Shown here piece by piece: positions 25,763-38,381 of a stretch of 64,000 nt of DNA. How positions within the stretch are numbered: the first letter of the stretch is position 1; the number at the start of each line of letters is the position of its first letter. The notes beneath the pieces are model-generated. The model made no database searches. It saw only the letters and a program-made list of their open reading frames with translations, and had not been told where the DNA came from. Made by a program: the position numbers and the translations under genes. Origin of the DNA: Vicugna vicugna. Its lineage: Eukaryota. The stretch is from positions 124,001 to 188,000 of the forward strand of contig MU057733.1 in assembly GCA_013265495.1 (NCBI GenBank), given 5' to 3'.

Positions 25763-27101
25763 TTTTTTTTTTTAACATTTTTTATTGATTCATAATCATT
25801 TTACAGTATTGTGTCAAATTCCAGTGTTCAGCACAATTTTTCAGTCATTCATGGACATATACACACTCATTGTCAAATTTTTTTCTCTGTGATTTATCAT
25901 AACATTTTGTGTATATTTCCCTGTGCTATACAGTGTAATCTTGTTTATCTATTCTACAATTTTGAAATCCCAGTCTATCCCTTCCCACCCTCTACCCCCC
26001 TGGTAACCACAAGTCTGTATTCTCTGTCCATGAGTCTATTTCTGTCCTATATTTATGCTTTGTTTTTGTTTGTTTGTTTGTTTTTGTTTTTTAGATTCCA
26101 CATATGAGCAATCTCATATGGTATTTTTCTTTCTCTTTCTGGCTTACTTCACTTAGAATGACATTCTCCAGGAGCATCCATGTTGCTGCAAATGGCATTA
26201 TGTTGTCNNNNNNNNNNNNNNNNNNNNNNNNNNNNNNNNNNNNNNNNNNNNNNNNNNNNNNNNNNNNNNNNNNNNNNNNNNNNNNNNNNNNNNNNNNNNN
26301 NNNNNNNNNNNNNNNNNNNNNNNNNNNNNNNNNNNNNNNNNNNNNNNNNNNNNNNNNNNNNNNNNNNNNNNNNNNNNNNNNNNNNNNNNNNNNNNNNNNN
26401 NNNNNNNNNNNNNNNNNNNNNNNNNNNNNNNNNNNNNNNNNNNNNNNNNNNNNNNNNNNNNNNNNNNNNNNNNNNNNNNNNNNNNNNNNNNNNNNNNNNN
26501 NNNNNNNNNNNNNNNNNNNNNNNNNNNNNNNNNNNNNNNNNNNNNNNNNNNNNNNNNNNNNNNNNNNNNNNNNNNNNNNNNNNNNNNNNNNNNNNNNNNN
26601 NNNNNNNNNNNNNNNNNNNNNNNNNNNNNNNNNNNNNNTTTTCTCCCATTCCGTAGGTTTTCTTCTTGTTTTATTTCTGGTTTCCTTTGCTCTGCAGAAG
26701 CTTGTAAGTTTCATTAGGTCCCATTTGTTTATTCTTGCTTTTATTTCTTCTAGGAGAAAATTTTTGAAATGTATGTCAGCTAATGTTTTGCCTATGTTTT
26801 CCTCTAGGAGGTTTATTGTATCTTGTCTTATGTTTAAGTCTTTAATCCATTTTGAGTTGATATTTGTATATGGTGTAAGGGTGTGTTCTAGCTTCATTGT
26901 TTTACATGCTGCTGTCCAGTTTTCCCAACACCATTTGCTGAAGAGACTGTCTTTATTCCATTGTATATTCTTGCCTCCTTTGTCGAAGATGAGTTGACCA
27001 AAGGTTTGTGGGTTCATTTCTGGGCTCTCTGTTCTGTTCCATTGGTCCATATGTCTGTTTTGGTACCAATACCATGCTGTCTTGATGACTGTAGCTCTAT
27101 A
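25763..27101 (-). mobile_element. Young 5'-truncated L1 inserted in the FBXO27-like retrocopy 3' UTR
   Basis: Uninterrupted ORF2 frame ([30 protein letters not shown]...) and poly(T) at ~25761-25773. Perfect 14-bp TSD CGATAAAACCTCTT at 25749-25762 and 27102-27115. Confidence 0.95.
26208..26638. other. Assembly gap (N run)
   Basis: Run of N inside the L1. Confidence 1.
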
Positions 27102-28376
27102 CGATAAAACCTCTTGAGCAGAAACAGAGACAAGGGCAGAGGGGACTGGGGCTGAACCAGAGGGGCCTGGGTGGGGGGAGAGGAGGAGTCCGCTCCCTTT
27201 TCAGCATTTCCCTATGCTTACCCCGGGCGTCTCCACTCAGAAGAACATGGACTACTTTAGAGAAACAACAGCAGTTAAATCTGATGGAGGAACTCTTCTA
27301 GTAGCTTCCAGAACCTGAGGACAGGGCCTGATAAGACCCTTGAGTGGACTCAGGAGATCCCAGGATGCCAGGAAGCTACAAGCCCTCGATTAATGAGATG
27401 TCCCCGCCAATGGTCGCAGCTCCTGGAAGGCACAGTCAGGTTGTTTTGCAAGGACAGTCCTTTGACTAGGACAGACGGCCCTGCACAATCACACTGGAGT
27501 CGGGCAGATAGATTCCATAATGTTCGGAGCAGAACTCCTTTTCATGGACCCAGAGTTCAAGAGACACAAAGCAGACGCCTGTCTTGAGGTTGGAGAACAC
27601 ATGGCTGACCTGATAGAAGACAGTCTTTCTCCCCTGCTGGATGGGGAAAGGCACAGAAGAGAAATGACCCAGGACAACCTGGTTGGCATCTAGAAGTTGG
27701 ATAGTTAGCTGATATATAGTGTTAATGTCTTGCTGGTCTGTCCACCAGTCAGAGAAACAAACCTCAATCTTGACACTGTCCAGAAGTTCCGGCCGGAAAC
27801 CCTCCTCCTCCAGGTCCAACACTCGCTGCTGCTTGTGATACCACCTGTAGGGAGACCAGAAGCAGATCTGCAAAGGAGTCCTAGGCATAACCTCCCAGTT
27901 TTCCTCCACAGCCAGTTCGTCCAAATCCGGCACCACCATTAATTGCTGGAGGCTTTCTTCTCTCCCAGGTTTGCACAGCAGGTTGCGTCTTACCTGTCTG
28001 CGCGCGCAGAAGCGGCTGAGGAGACAGACTGGCGTGGTCCGCGCGGGACAGGCAGCTGCGGGACTGGCCACAGGGCGCAGTGGTCCCGGGCCAGCATCTT
28101 CAGCCACTGGGCCGGGGCGTCCACCAGGGGGCGCCAGCGCCCGAGCAGCGTGCGCGGCGGCACGTGGCTCAGCACCGCCAGGAGCAGCTCTGGTGGCAGT
28201 TGGCTCGGATCCCCCATGTCCTCAGATCCCGTCTCCAGCTGGGGGAACCCCGGCGGGCCGGACCCTGCAGGCCGAGGCGTCCATGGTCTCCTCCCCAGGC
28301 CCGACTCTGCCTGCCTGCATCTCCGCCAGTGCTCCTTGCCAGTGTGCCCTCACTTTGACTCTGGCCATTTTTTCCT

Positions 28377-28615
28377 AATCAACCTACATCACATAGCTGG
28401 CCCCTTCCAACCACTCTTCATCCTTCCCATCCTGCTATACTTTCTCCGCTAGCATTTAACATATTATATACATATATATTTTTCTTTTTCACTCCCACTA
28501 GAATTCAAGGTAAGGAAGGCAAGCGATCTGCTTATTCTGTTCACCTCTTAGTCCCCAGTGCTGAGAAGATGCCTTGCACATCTTTTAGGTGTTTATTTAT
28601 TAAAGGAATAAATTA
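28377..28615 (+). mobile_element. L2 3' end (continuation of 24040-24895)
   Basis: CTCCCACTAGAATTCAAG..AAGGCAAG..TGTTCAC..TCCCCAGTGCTGAGAAGATGCCTTGCACA is an L2 tail. Confidence 0.7.
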
Positions 28616-29409
28616 GTTTATTAATATTTTGTTCCAAATGAAGAAAAGCAAAGGACTGAGAATCAGAATAACATTGTATGAAAAACTGCATGCAGCTCAT
28701 CCAACTCTCACAACTACCCTATGAGGGGAGCACTATTACTATCATTTTACAGATGAGGACACTGGGCAGAGACCACCCAGATGGCGGGAAGATAAAGAAC
28801 ATAGCCAGGAGTCACACCAGTATTTTGAAAAATTGGAAACACTTTTTTTAACTTATGCAAAAGTTTTTTAAACTATGGCAAATTGGAAAAAAAAAAAGGA
28901 ACAAAAGTAGATAGTTAGGATAAGGAAGCCAAATATCCATCATCTAACTCCAACATTTGTCAACTCCTGGCTAGTTTCTTTTCACCTATACTCCTTTCCC
29001 CAACTGGATTATTTTGAAAAAAAATCCAAACAATCATTTTATTCGTATTTTAGTGTTTATCCCTAGAGATAAATATTAAGCCACATTCTGGTTGGATATT
29101 TGGTACTATCCATTTTGGTGCTTGTTGGCCAGTTACTTGCTTCTTCTGAAATAAAATTTACTCATCTGCAAAATGGATATACTAATTTTTCTCAGATCAT
29201 TTTGAGTATTGAACGAGACAATATATTCAAAACATGTTGTTAAACTACAAAGAACTATATAAAGGTTTGGTTTTCAACTCATGTGTTATTATCCAAATTG
29301 TACTGTGGACATAGGTAAAGGCTCTACATCAAAGCCTAGTTTGGTTGGGTACATAAAAACATGACCTGCTTTCCCTCAGCAACATGGCTTCCCTAGGAAC
29401 ATCATGCCT

Positions 29410-30015
29410 CGTAAATGGGCTAGAGTTCTTACAGAGTCAGCACTCGCGGGGAACGTGTAAGCCCTCATGCGGGATCAGGCCACCCAAGATGGCCATTCTC
29501 TCACCTCTTGCTCTCTGTACGTGCTTGACCAGTTCCTGCCTCACCTACGTGCTCCCTTCTCTCACGAGTGACCCTCCCTCTTAATCGTAGCACCTAATCA
29601 GTAAATGCCTACATACTTTCTCCTGGCCCCAGCTAGTGATTATTCTAACCTTTAGATCAGAATGTCTCCACCATGATAGCTTACCCAAGGGGCAGTGAGG
29701 AGTGTGATCCTCTCGGGTTTCACCCGGGAACTGATGAGGCACACGAGCCAACCTGATATCAGGCAATCAACTCCCCCTGTAACTATCCCGCAACCCACCC
29801 CCAGCAAAGACTACTGCCATGTCCTGCCAGCCGTCTGCTGCGTATGGTGGGGTGTCACCCAGAGCCTTGTTTCATGTGTGTAAGAGCCCCCATCCATTAA
29901 ACCATTGCTGTGTGTGTTGCTGCCTCTGGGCTCCTTCTTCGGTCTTGAGGCTGGGAGAGCACAGGGCTCGCTGGGCAAGTTCAGGGCTTGCAGGCCTGTG
30001 GGGTGCAGCCCAACA
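29410..30015 (+). mobile_element. Solo ERV LTR (ERV1-like)
   Basis: GC-richer ~600-bp block with CAAGATGGC, a TATA-like TGTAAGA, an ATTAAA poly(A) signal (~29896) and terminal CCCAACA. 5' end approximate. Confidence 0.65.
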
Positions 30016-33000
30016 CCTTCCAAGACTGTAAAGCTTTATGAGAAAACAAAGTATTACTTTTACATTGTAGTAAAGAAGAGCTGTTCAACATCATAAATAT
30101 TTACAAGAATCTGTCACAATTTGCTTCTCAAATAGAATTATGAGCATTTCCAGATGTACGTGACGGTGTACAAGGGGAAAGAGATAGAATAGGGTGAAGT
30201 GACCAGAACCTGTGACATCTTAGTGGAACCTCAGTTTTACTCTACCATGCATAATATGAAACATTCAAAACAACAGTAACAGTATCAGTATGTCTCAGGT
30301 ACAAACATCATCTTCATCTGGAAGATGGAGAAACAGAGGCACAAAGAGGTGGAAAATTTTGCCAATATCACACAATTAGTAGTGGGGAAGCTATGATTTT
30401 GACTCAGGTCTGATTTAGAGTCTGTGCTTCTGCTGCCGTGGAATCTCTGTTACCAAAGGAAAAGGAACCCCTGAAGCAGTGTTTCCCAAACATCTAAGCC
30501 ATTCAAGTGCTCCCTTCACAGTTCTTAGTCGTGAAATAATATCTACGAAATAACAGTTTGGTCGGCTGGTCATGTTTTCTTCTAAGACACACCTGAAAGT
30601 AAATTAATATTTAAGAGAATAGAAAAGAAATGTATGTATCTGCATTCCATTCCAGACGATCTCATCTGTCACCATCTTGGGCACCCTGGACTATGGAGCA
30701 GACTGCAGCACACTTGAAACACATTGATAATTAAGATGTCAGAATTTGAACTTACGGCAAGGACATGGTGTAGAGTTAAACCTCTTGATGTTCTGGACAC
30801 ACCCTTCTGCTGTCAGAGACATGCCGGCGAGAAGTGTGAATTAAGTTGCTTACAGAATGGGGTTTAGAGATCATAAAACAAAATCTAGTTTACATATCTT
30901 TAAACAGCAAGTACTAGTCATGGAGTTTTGCAGAAGTTTTTATTACTTCTTGACCCTAGGGCTGCACCCTGAGTGAGATACAATTCGTGTTCTCAAGTAC
31001 CTCATAGGCTACTGAGCAAGACAAACCTACAGATATTCTGAAGCAAGGTGATGTGGAGGTTGAGAGAAGTTTGTAGAAGGTGATAGGTTTATGGTGTAAG
31101 GAGAATTCATGTTCTGCCTGGGAGAAGTGGAGAAAGCTTATTTATGACTTTTAAAGACCTAGGAGAGAGAAGACTTTGAAGCTTGCAGAAGAGAAAAAAA
31201 GGGAGAATCCTGATGGCGCCAGACTCTCTTCAACCTTGGAAAGTGGTCCTTAGTCAACTACAAGAGGAGAGAAACTTAGGGTCCAGGATCTACACCAGTA
31301 TGTGCAAAGCATGTAGCCATGCCTAGTTCTTTACGTTGGCAGGGGTTAAGCTCCCTTGACCACATCCTAATACTTTTACACTGGAGTTGGGACCAGAATT
31401 GTGTTTGCTTTAGGATTCTGCTGTGTCTGGGCACACCTTGTGAAGACGTGGCATGCGGGCTCCGAAATGACGCTTAGGATGCAGCATATTCAGAACACAA
31501 ATCACTACGAAGTGGAGAAACCTACATGTTATATTTCAGGGTTTGTGGGGGTCTCAAAACCAGGTTTAATTCTGGGTTCTGTCTCTTGTCAACTATGTGA
31601 TGTAGAGTAATTAATTTAATTTTTTGACGCTTTTGTTTTTTCATCTGTAAAACTGGTGGCACCATCAATTCCAGTTGTCATCAGAAGAACTAAATTAGAT
31701 CATGTGTATGTAGAACACATTGTGGTGACAAAGAACTTCATGGCAAATCACTTGTCATGGGGGACGAGAAAGTTCAGTGTTGACATGCATGGGTTTGGTT
31801 TGAGAATAGTCAGCCCATGTTTAGGGAGATGAGTTATCCTCTAGGTTAGGCTCCTTGGATTCAGGACTAAATCCCAGGATGAGGGAGTATAAGTGGAGAA
31901 AAAGTGAAAATCAAGAGTGCAAAGGTATTTGGGGTTTGCGATGGCAAGGACAGTGGTGCCAGTAGCTAGAGAAGGTAGAAGCTCTCCTGGGGCACACTTG
32001 ACACCCCCCGCTACCACTACCACTACCACTTCTGCAATACCGGGTATTCGGTGTAGACCTTCAGTGTAGACATCAGTGCGCGGCAGCAGTGCGCATGCTC
32101 CGGTGTGGCACAGTGGACGCTGTCATTCTGGCTACTGCTTTGGGTATCAAGGGCAACAGAAGGCATCACTTTAGTGAGCTGAAAAGAAGACAGCAGCCAA
32201 TAGAATATTCAGAAGAGCACATTCTTGATTTTTTTTGAGGCTGTTTTCCCCAGAGCATGCTGGGACGTAACCAGAAAAATCCCGGTGCCTGATTGCTATT
32301 GTGATTAAATTTTCCCTTGGGCTAGTGTGTTCCGGGAAACACATTTTCCACTTAAGTAATAATGGAAAGGAAGGAATTAAGAAAACTTTGCCTAATAACA
32401 GAAATGAATATGAAAAAGTCAAGTGATATTCAGCCTGGTCAAGCATCATGGTGAGCATCCAGTAGTGAACAATAGAAAACATGATTTCAAGGTCAGAGAC
32501 GTCCACTTAATTACTCAATATGTTGTTTTAGTACAAGATAAATGAAATACTGGATATTATTAGGAAATATTATAATGATGAAAAAAGTATAGTTTTCTTT
32601 TACTCAGAAAACCATAATGTGCTTTTGGATAACACACTCAAGGAAGAAAATAGAGCTAAAAATAAATAAAGGTCAGTAATAGAAGGGTAATAAAAATTGA
32701 GGAATGGAAAACTTTCATGTGGAAGTAGATTTGAAAGACTAGGATTCTGGTGTGGAAAAGGCCCAGAAGGAGATAAGATCAAAGTCTCTTGCACAATGAA
32801 GGGTGTGGATGGGAGGAATGTGGACTTGGTTATCAAATCCCTAAATTCCAGTAGGATTAGGTAATCACTGAAGCCTCAAAAAGTTTATTTCAGGATAAAT
32901 AAAGGAAAGAACATTTTTTAAAATGGGTAATATATATGTGGAATTCATACTGAAAGAATGACCAGGTTGAAAATCTAAATAGAAAACTGGAAATTTAGAA

Positions 33001-35579
33001 AAGCATAATGATCAATTTGTAATAAACTTTAGTAAACACTTAGGCATTAATTTAACTAATTTAGAAAATTAATTTAAGACAGTTTAGAAAGTTAATTTAG
33101 AAAATATTGCAGGTGTTTTTCAAAGCTTCCCATATGAATGCATCAAGAACCATTAACATGGTGTCTGCCTGTCCACAGTCAGAACTGGGGTGCCTAGTTG
33201 AGGGACATTTTTTCCATCTTTTGAGAGAACTGAAAGGCTTGACATTTCACTATCTCATAAGTCAGTGGCTGAGTTAAAAATACAGACCTTAACTTCTGAC
33301 TTACATTTTAGGGCAACTTCAAGGAACAGTGCCTATATTTAATTACAACTTCACTGATATTTTGAATTATAATTGTTAATAATACTAACAACAACAATAG
33401 ATTTGGTCTTTTAGTACTTTTAGAAAAGTTCTCTATTCTTTCGCAAATCACAAACTTCTTAGTCTGAGAACAACTTGCTAAATAATTTTTAATGTGATAT
33501 TTTAGCCTATGAATAAACAGACAGTTTGACATACCGTTACTGCTCTAGTGGGGACTTTACATAGTAGTAACAAAAACCTGAGCCTAATTAGTCTCTTCCA
33601 GTAAAAGTATTTGAGAAATTTTCCATTGCCTAATACCTTCCCACAATGGAAAATACACTGCACGGGAGGTATGTGTAAATATTTGATTCGTGTTTTACTG
33701 ATTTCAGTGTCACAACCTATCAATCATTAACACTTCAAAAAACATATACCTGGTTAGTTGTTTCCAAAGTACATTCTTTCTCTGAAGGATTTTTAGACTC
33801 TTAGAATTAAAGAGGTCCCTAGTGAGTACCTATGCCAGTTTTTCTTTAATGTTGTTAGTGATGAAACTGAGATCAAGAATTTTTGAATGAATTTCACGAA
33901 GTCCTCCACCCAAACTTAGCTGGCTCTTAGGAGCAAGATCTTCAGCCTCCCAACTCAGTGCTCTTCTTAAGATACGAAGAAGAATTACGGTTCACCCTTT
34001 GTTCTGAATGAAGGTATATGCAAATACAGCAACATTATCATAGTTGTAGAAATTCAAGTAAAGACATTTAGAAAACTGTAGGCACAGACATTTGTTTCCA
34101 AAGCTATCATATGTGGTCACTTTATAAAATTAAATGATAGCTTCTATAGAAAGAATTCTGAGACTATCAGCCTGATGTTTCACTACTATGGCATGAAATA
34201 AATAAAAGCTCCCAGCCTAGTGCCTGGCATATGATCAGCGTGTTAAAGTGTTAGTTATTCTGACTGGGATTTAAAAAAAAAATCAACTTTACATAGAAAA
34301 ATATCCAGATAATACTTAATTGCCAGCATATATTTTATTTAAAAAGAAAAAGAATATCTACAAAAGGACAAAGAAATTAATTTCGTATTAAAAAAATCAC
34401 TCACATCAGGAATCTGGTGTAGTGCGGGCTAAGCCAGCACCTTCCAGGAGTGTGCTGTGTCAGCGATCTCTGGTGGGCGCAGGTGTTGGCCAGGAGGGTG
34501 CCAGGGTCTGAGCCTGGGGCCCAGGAGAGTTAGGCATTTTGACTATTAAATAAAGACATTGAAGGTCGTTTCCCCTACATTTAATCGGAGATGCAGTATG
34601 ATTCTCTGGTTAGAGATTAAGGGACTCTAAACTCTTCTGTTGGAAATTTATGCTCCAAGTGAGCTCTATAGACCTTCTCAACTAATTCATTCAGAGAAGC
34701 CAGCAACAAAGTGCTGGGGGCCTGACCTAGGGACAGAGTAACCATTTCTTCTCTGCTTTGATCAAAGAGATTCTATAGAATAATTTCTAAAGCCCTGTTC
34801 TTTGATTAGTGCCAAAGCTGATGGCTTATTGTGTTTTCAGTCTCTTGGGAGCAGAGGCAATGTGGGTGATGGACTGTAGCCCAAGCTCCAAGGACCTGCT
34901 GAGGATAAAGGGTTCCACTGGATTTAGGGGCCAGTGTGGCATCGCTAGGAAGCACTGCTCAGCCTTACTCTCTTCTAAAACATAGACTAATGATTGAGAT
35001 CCAGAAGGTGCTATTAGTTGGGGATGCTGTGGCTTACTTCCTTAAATAAAATGTAAAAACTTTTAGTCTAGATTTTGACTCTAAGCCTGTTACCTGTTAA
35101 TACGATAAATTATTAGTTAACTTAAATAGAAATCAGTTGAAAGGCAACAGAAAGAAAAATAGGGTTCAATTTAGGTATTCATATACAAGTGGTAAGGAAT
35201 CTTACCACACTGGTATTTTTGCACTCAGAACCAATTCAGGGAAGTAAAACATTTTAATCCACATTTTAATTTTCCTCATGCAAAATGTTAATAGCCTTCC
35301 TGGGTCCCATGGTGGTAATGGGAAAAATACATTATTTGGATATTTTATTTATATTGGAATGTAAATGGAAAAAATTGGCACTGAAAATATTATGATCTAG
35401 ACATATTTGAGAAGTAGCAGGAGAAGAAGACTAAGAGCTCTGGAAGTGGGCTGAGTGAAGAGGCAGTACAGGGGAGTGTTAAATCCTCTACCTCTGTTTT
35501 TTTCATATGTAAACTGGGGGATGATAATACTACTTAGTTCATAGACTTGTTTTGGAGATTAAATATAATGAAACATGTT

Positions 35580-37315
35580 GTTAAAAGTAAAAGACCAGAA
35601 ACAATACACTATGCAAACTAACACAAAGCAATAAAAGCTGAGTGGTTATATTAATATGAGATAGAGTAGATGTTATGATAAGGAACACTGCCGGGGATAA
35701 AGAAGGGCATCACACAATGAAAAGGGGTCAATTCATTAAGAAGACCTAAAACTCCTAAATGTACATGTGCCTGAAAACAGAGTTTCAAAAATCCTGAGGC
35801 AAGACACTGATAGAACTGAATGGAAACTATGTAAATCCACAATTCTAGTTGGAGAGTTCAACCCTCCTCTCTTAGTAATTAACAGAACAAACACACAAAA
35901 AATCAGTAAGGATATAGAAGACTTAAACAAAACAGTCAACCAACTTGGCCTATATAGTTCTTACGGAAATCTTCATTTAACAGCAGCAGAATACATATTC
36001 TTTTCAAGTGTATAAGTAACATTCATATTCACCAAGACAGACTATGTTCTAAGCCACAACACAAATCTCATTAAATTTAACTTGGGGGGAATGTAAGCTC
36101 AAGTGGTAGAGCGTATGCTTAGTCTGCACGAGGTCCTGGGTTCAATCCCCATTACCTCCTTTAAAGATAAATAAACCTAACTAACACCCTTCCTCTGCCA
36201 AAATAAAAAATTAAATAATACAATAATAAATATATCCAAAAATAAATAAATTTAACTGGATTGAAATAAAATAGAAATCAGTAAGAGAAAGATATGGAAA
36301 ATCTATAAGTATTTGAAAATTAAACAATATACATTAAACAAAACATAGGTCAAAGAAGATATTACAATTGAGATTATAAAATATTTTGGACTGAATGAAA
36401 GGAAATGAAAACAATACATCAAGATCTGTGAGTATAGCCCAAACAGTACTTCATGGGAAAATGATAACATTGAACACTCAGATTAGAAAAGAAAAACTAT
36501 CTCAAATCAATGTTAAGAAACTAAAAAAAGGAGCAAATTAAGCCCAAAGTAAGAATAAGGAAGGAAAAGTAAGAGAGAATTAGTGAACTAGAAAGAAGAA
36601 AAAAAATAAAGAAAAAATTGATGGAATGCAGCACCTTCTTTACAAAGGTCAATAAAATTGATAAATCTGAAGCCCGACTAACAAGAAAAAAAAGCAAGAG
36701 AGAAAAGATTACTTACCACTATTAGGAATGAAATAAGAGATATCACTGTAGTTCCTGCAGATACTTTAAAAAGGATAATAAAGGAATATTATGAATTATT
36801 GTGTGCCTATAAATTTGAAAAGTTAAATGAATTAGGCAAATTCTCTTGAAGTCACAACCTACCAAAGACTGAATAGTTCTACACCTACTAAAAACCATAG
36901 AAGTTATAGTGGAAAACTGTTCTGCAAAGGAAATTCTAGGCCCAAATGGCTTCACTGATGAATTCTACCAACTATTTGATTTAAGGATGAAATAATATTA
37001 AATCTACACAAGCTTTTCCAGAAAATAAAGGAGGAGAGATTGGCTCAAATCATTTACTCTGATGAAGACATTAAAGGAAAAAAATCCCAAATATAAAACC
37101 TGAACTCCAATATCCCTGGTGAACATAGGTGCAATGCAAAAATCCTTAACAAAGAATTAGAAAACTAAATTTAGTGATATCTAAAACATAACACATCATG
37201 ACCAAATGAGTTTATCCCAGGAATTCAAGTTTAGTTTAAAATTTGAAAATCAATCAATATAATATACAATATCAACAGACTGAAAATCATATGATCATCT
37301 CAATAGGTGCATTAA
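35580..37315 (+). mobile_element. Old L1 ORF2 fragment (endonuclease to RT start), decayed
   Basis: Peptide STILVGEFNPPLLVINRTNTQKISKDIEDLNKTVNQL (EN domain), GGCCCAAATGGCTTCACTGATGAATTCTACC, and CATATGATCATCTCAATAG. Confidence 0.85.
36084..36246 (+). mobile_element. tRNA-derived SINE (camelid Vic-1-like) nested in L1
   Basis: GGGGGGAATGTAAGCTCAAGTGGTAGAGCGTATGCTTAG...GGTCCTGGGTTCAATCCCC with TSD TAAATTTAACT on both sides. Confidence 0.9.
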
Positions 37316-37384
37316 AAATATGCATGTGTATTTCTCTGTATGTTGCTTTTTTTCACCTAGCTTTTTAATTTAATTTTTTTAAAT

Positions 37385-37518
37385 TAAAACAATTTTTTTT
37401 TGGTCGGGGAGGTTAATTAGGTTGTTTATTTATTCATTTTAATGGAGGTACTGGGGATTGAACCCAGGACCTCATGCATGCTAAGCACGTGCTCTACCAC
37501 TGAGCTACACCCTCCCAC
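37385..37518 (-). mobile_element. tRNA-derived SINE (camelid Vic-1-like)
   Basis: GGAGGTACTGGGGATTGAACCCAGGACCTCATGCATGCTAAGCACGTGCTCTACCACTGAGCTACACCCTCCC. Confidence 0.9.
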
Positions 37519-38381
37519 CGTTAATTAATTTTAAATTAATTTTAATTAATAAATACATTTCAAATATTATTACAGATTGATATAAAAAGGCAGTTCCCAT
37601 CTCTTGATATGTTTTTTCACTTTGATTTTTGCATCCCTTAAGCAATCAATTTAATCTTTTCAGCTGTTTCTTTCTTATTTACCTTCATGTTTGTAAATAA
37701 CATGCTTCTTAAGGTTTTTAGTTTTTAGTTTTAGACATAATCTATTGCTTTTCTACTAAGGAAGGTGGTGATTTTGTTTTCTTCTCCCCCACCACCCCTC
37801 ACACACGCTCAGATACATACTTCTCCATGTCTCACATCCTCTAAGTCTAATATTAGTTTTTTTTTAGTTCAATCAATAATCCGTGTTTATATTATCACAT
37901 GACTATTATTTACAGCTAATCTACACAGTGTATTATGCTTACACTTTTGTAATTCCTGGAGTTGGTATTGTTGAGAGTTAACATTTTGTTTCTGTTTTTT
38001 TCTATATTCAATCACCAATCCCTAAACTTTACCTCTAGGCTAAAAAAAAAATCTGAATAGTTCAAAATCAGATATTCACTTTTTCTCCCCAGGTGATACC
38101 CTTTCTTTTGTTTTCTTTTTTTTTCCTAATTGAATAAATTTAACATGTAATATTGCACAATCTTTTGCTTTCTTGATCTAATTTGAACTGGCTGATTTTT
38201 AGGAATTTTGAATCACTGCCATCTTGGGATTTTTATTTACTATTTTCCTAGATATTCCCTAAGAGTGAAGGAAAAAAAAATCTACGTTCAATATGTCATA
38301 TGACTGCACCAAATTTAACTTTTTATAGATTTGGTTTCAAATACCCTAGAAAGTTGCTCCTCTGACTCATGCTTAAAGGTA

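Larger units (their letters stand above)
25425..28361 (-). pseudogene. FBXO27: Processed pseudogene of FBXO27 or an FBXO27-like paralogue (CDS remnant 28284..27466; 3' UTR interrupted by an L1)
   Basis: Intronless. F-box [26 protein letters not shown] domain VLDLEEEG..PELLDS..IEV..SDWW..QLLDANQ..HVFSN, C-terminus SSVIV.GRLS as in FBXO27. Two frameshifts and loss of ~7 codons (CRQVCRG) in the N-terminal third. AATAAA at ~25441-25446(-) and a degenerate A tail. Confidence 0.9.

Noticed and set aside
22130..27050. Long ORFs containing X runs
   Set aside because: Artefacts of N gaps within L1 ORF2 and 3' UTR fragments.
27943..28452. Plus-strand ORFs over the FBXO27-like copy
   Set aside because: Antisense shadows of GC-rich coding-derived sequence.
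36084..36160. tRNA-like sequence (also at ~2000, ~6980 and ~37470)
   Set aside because: These are SINE heads with AT-rich tails and TSDs, not tRNA genes.
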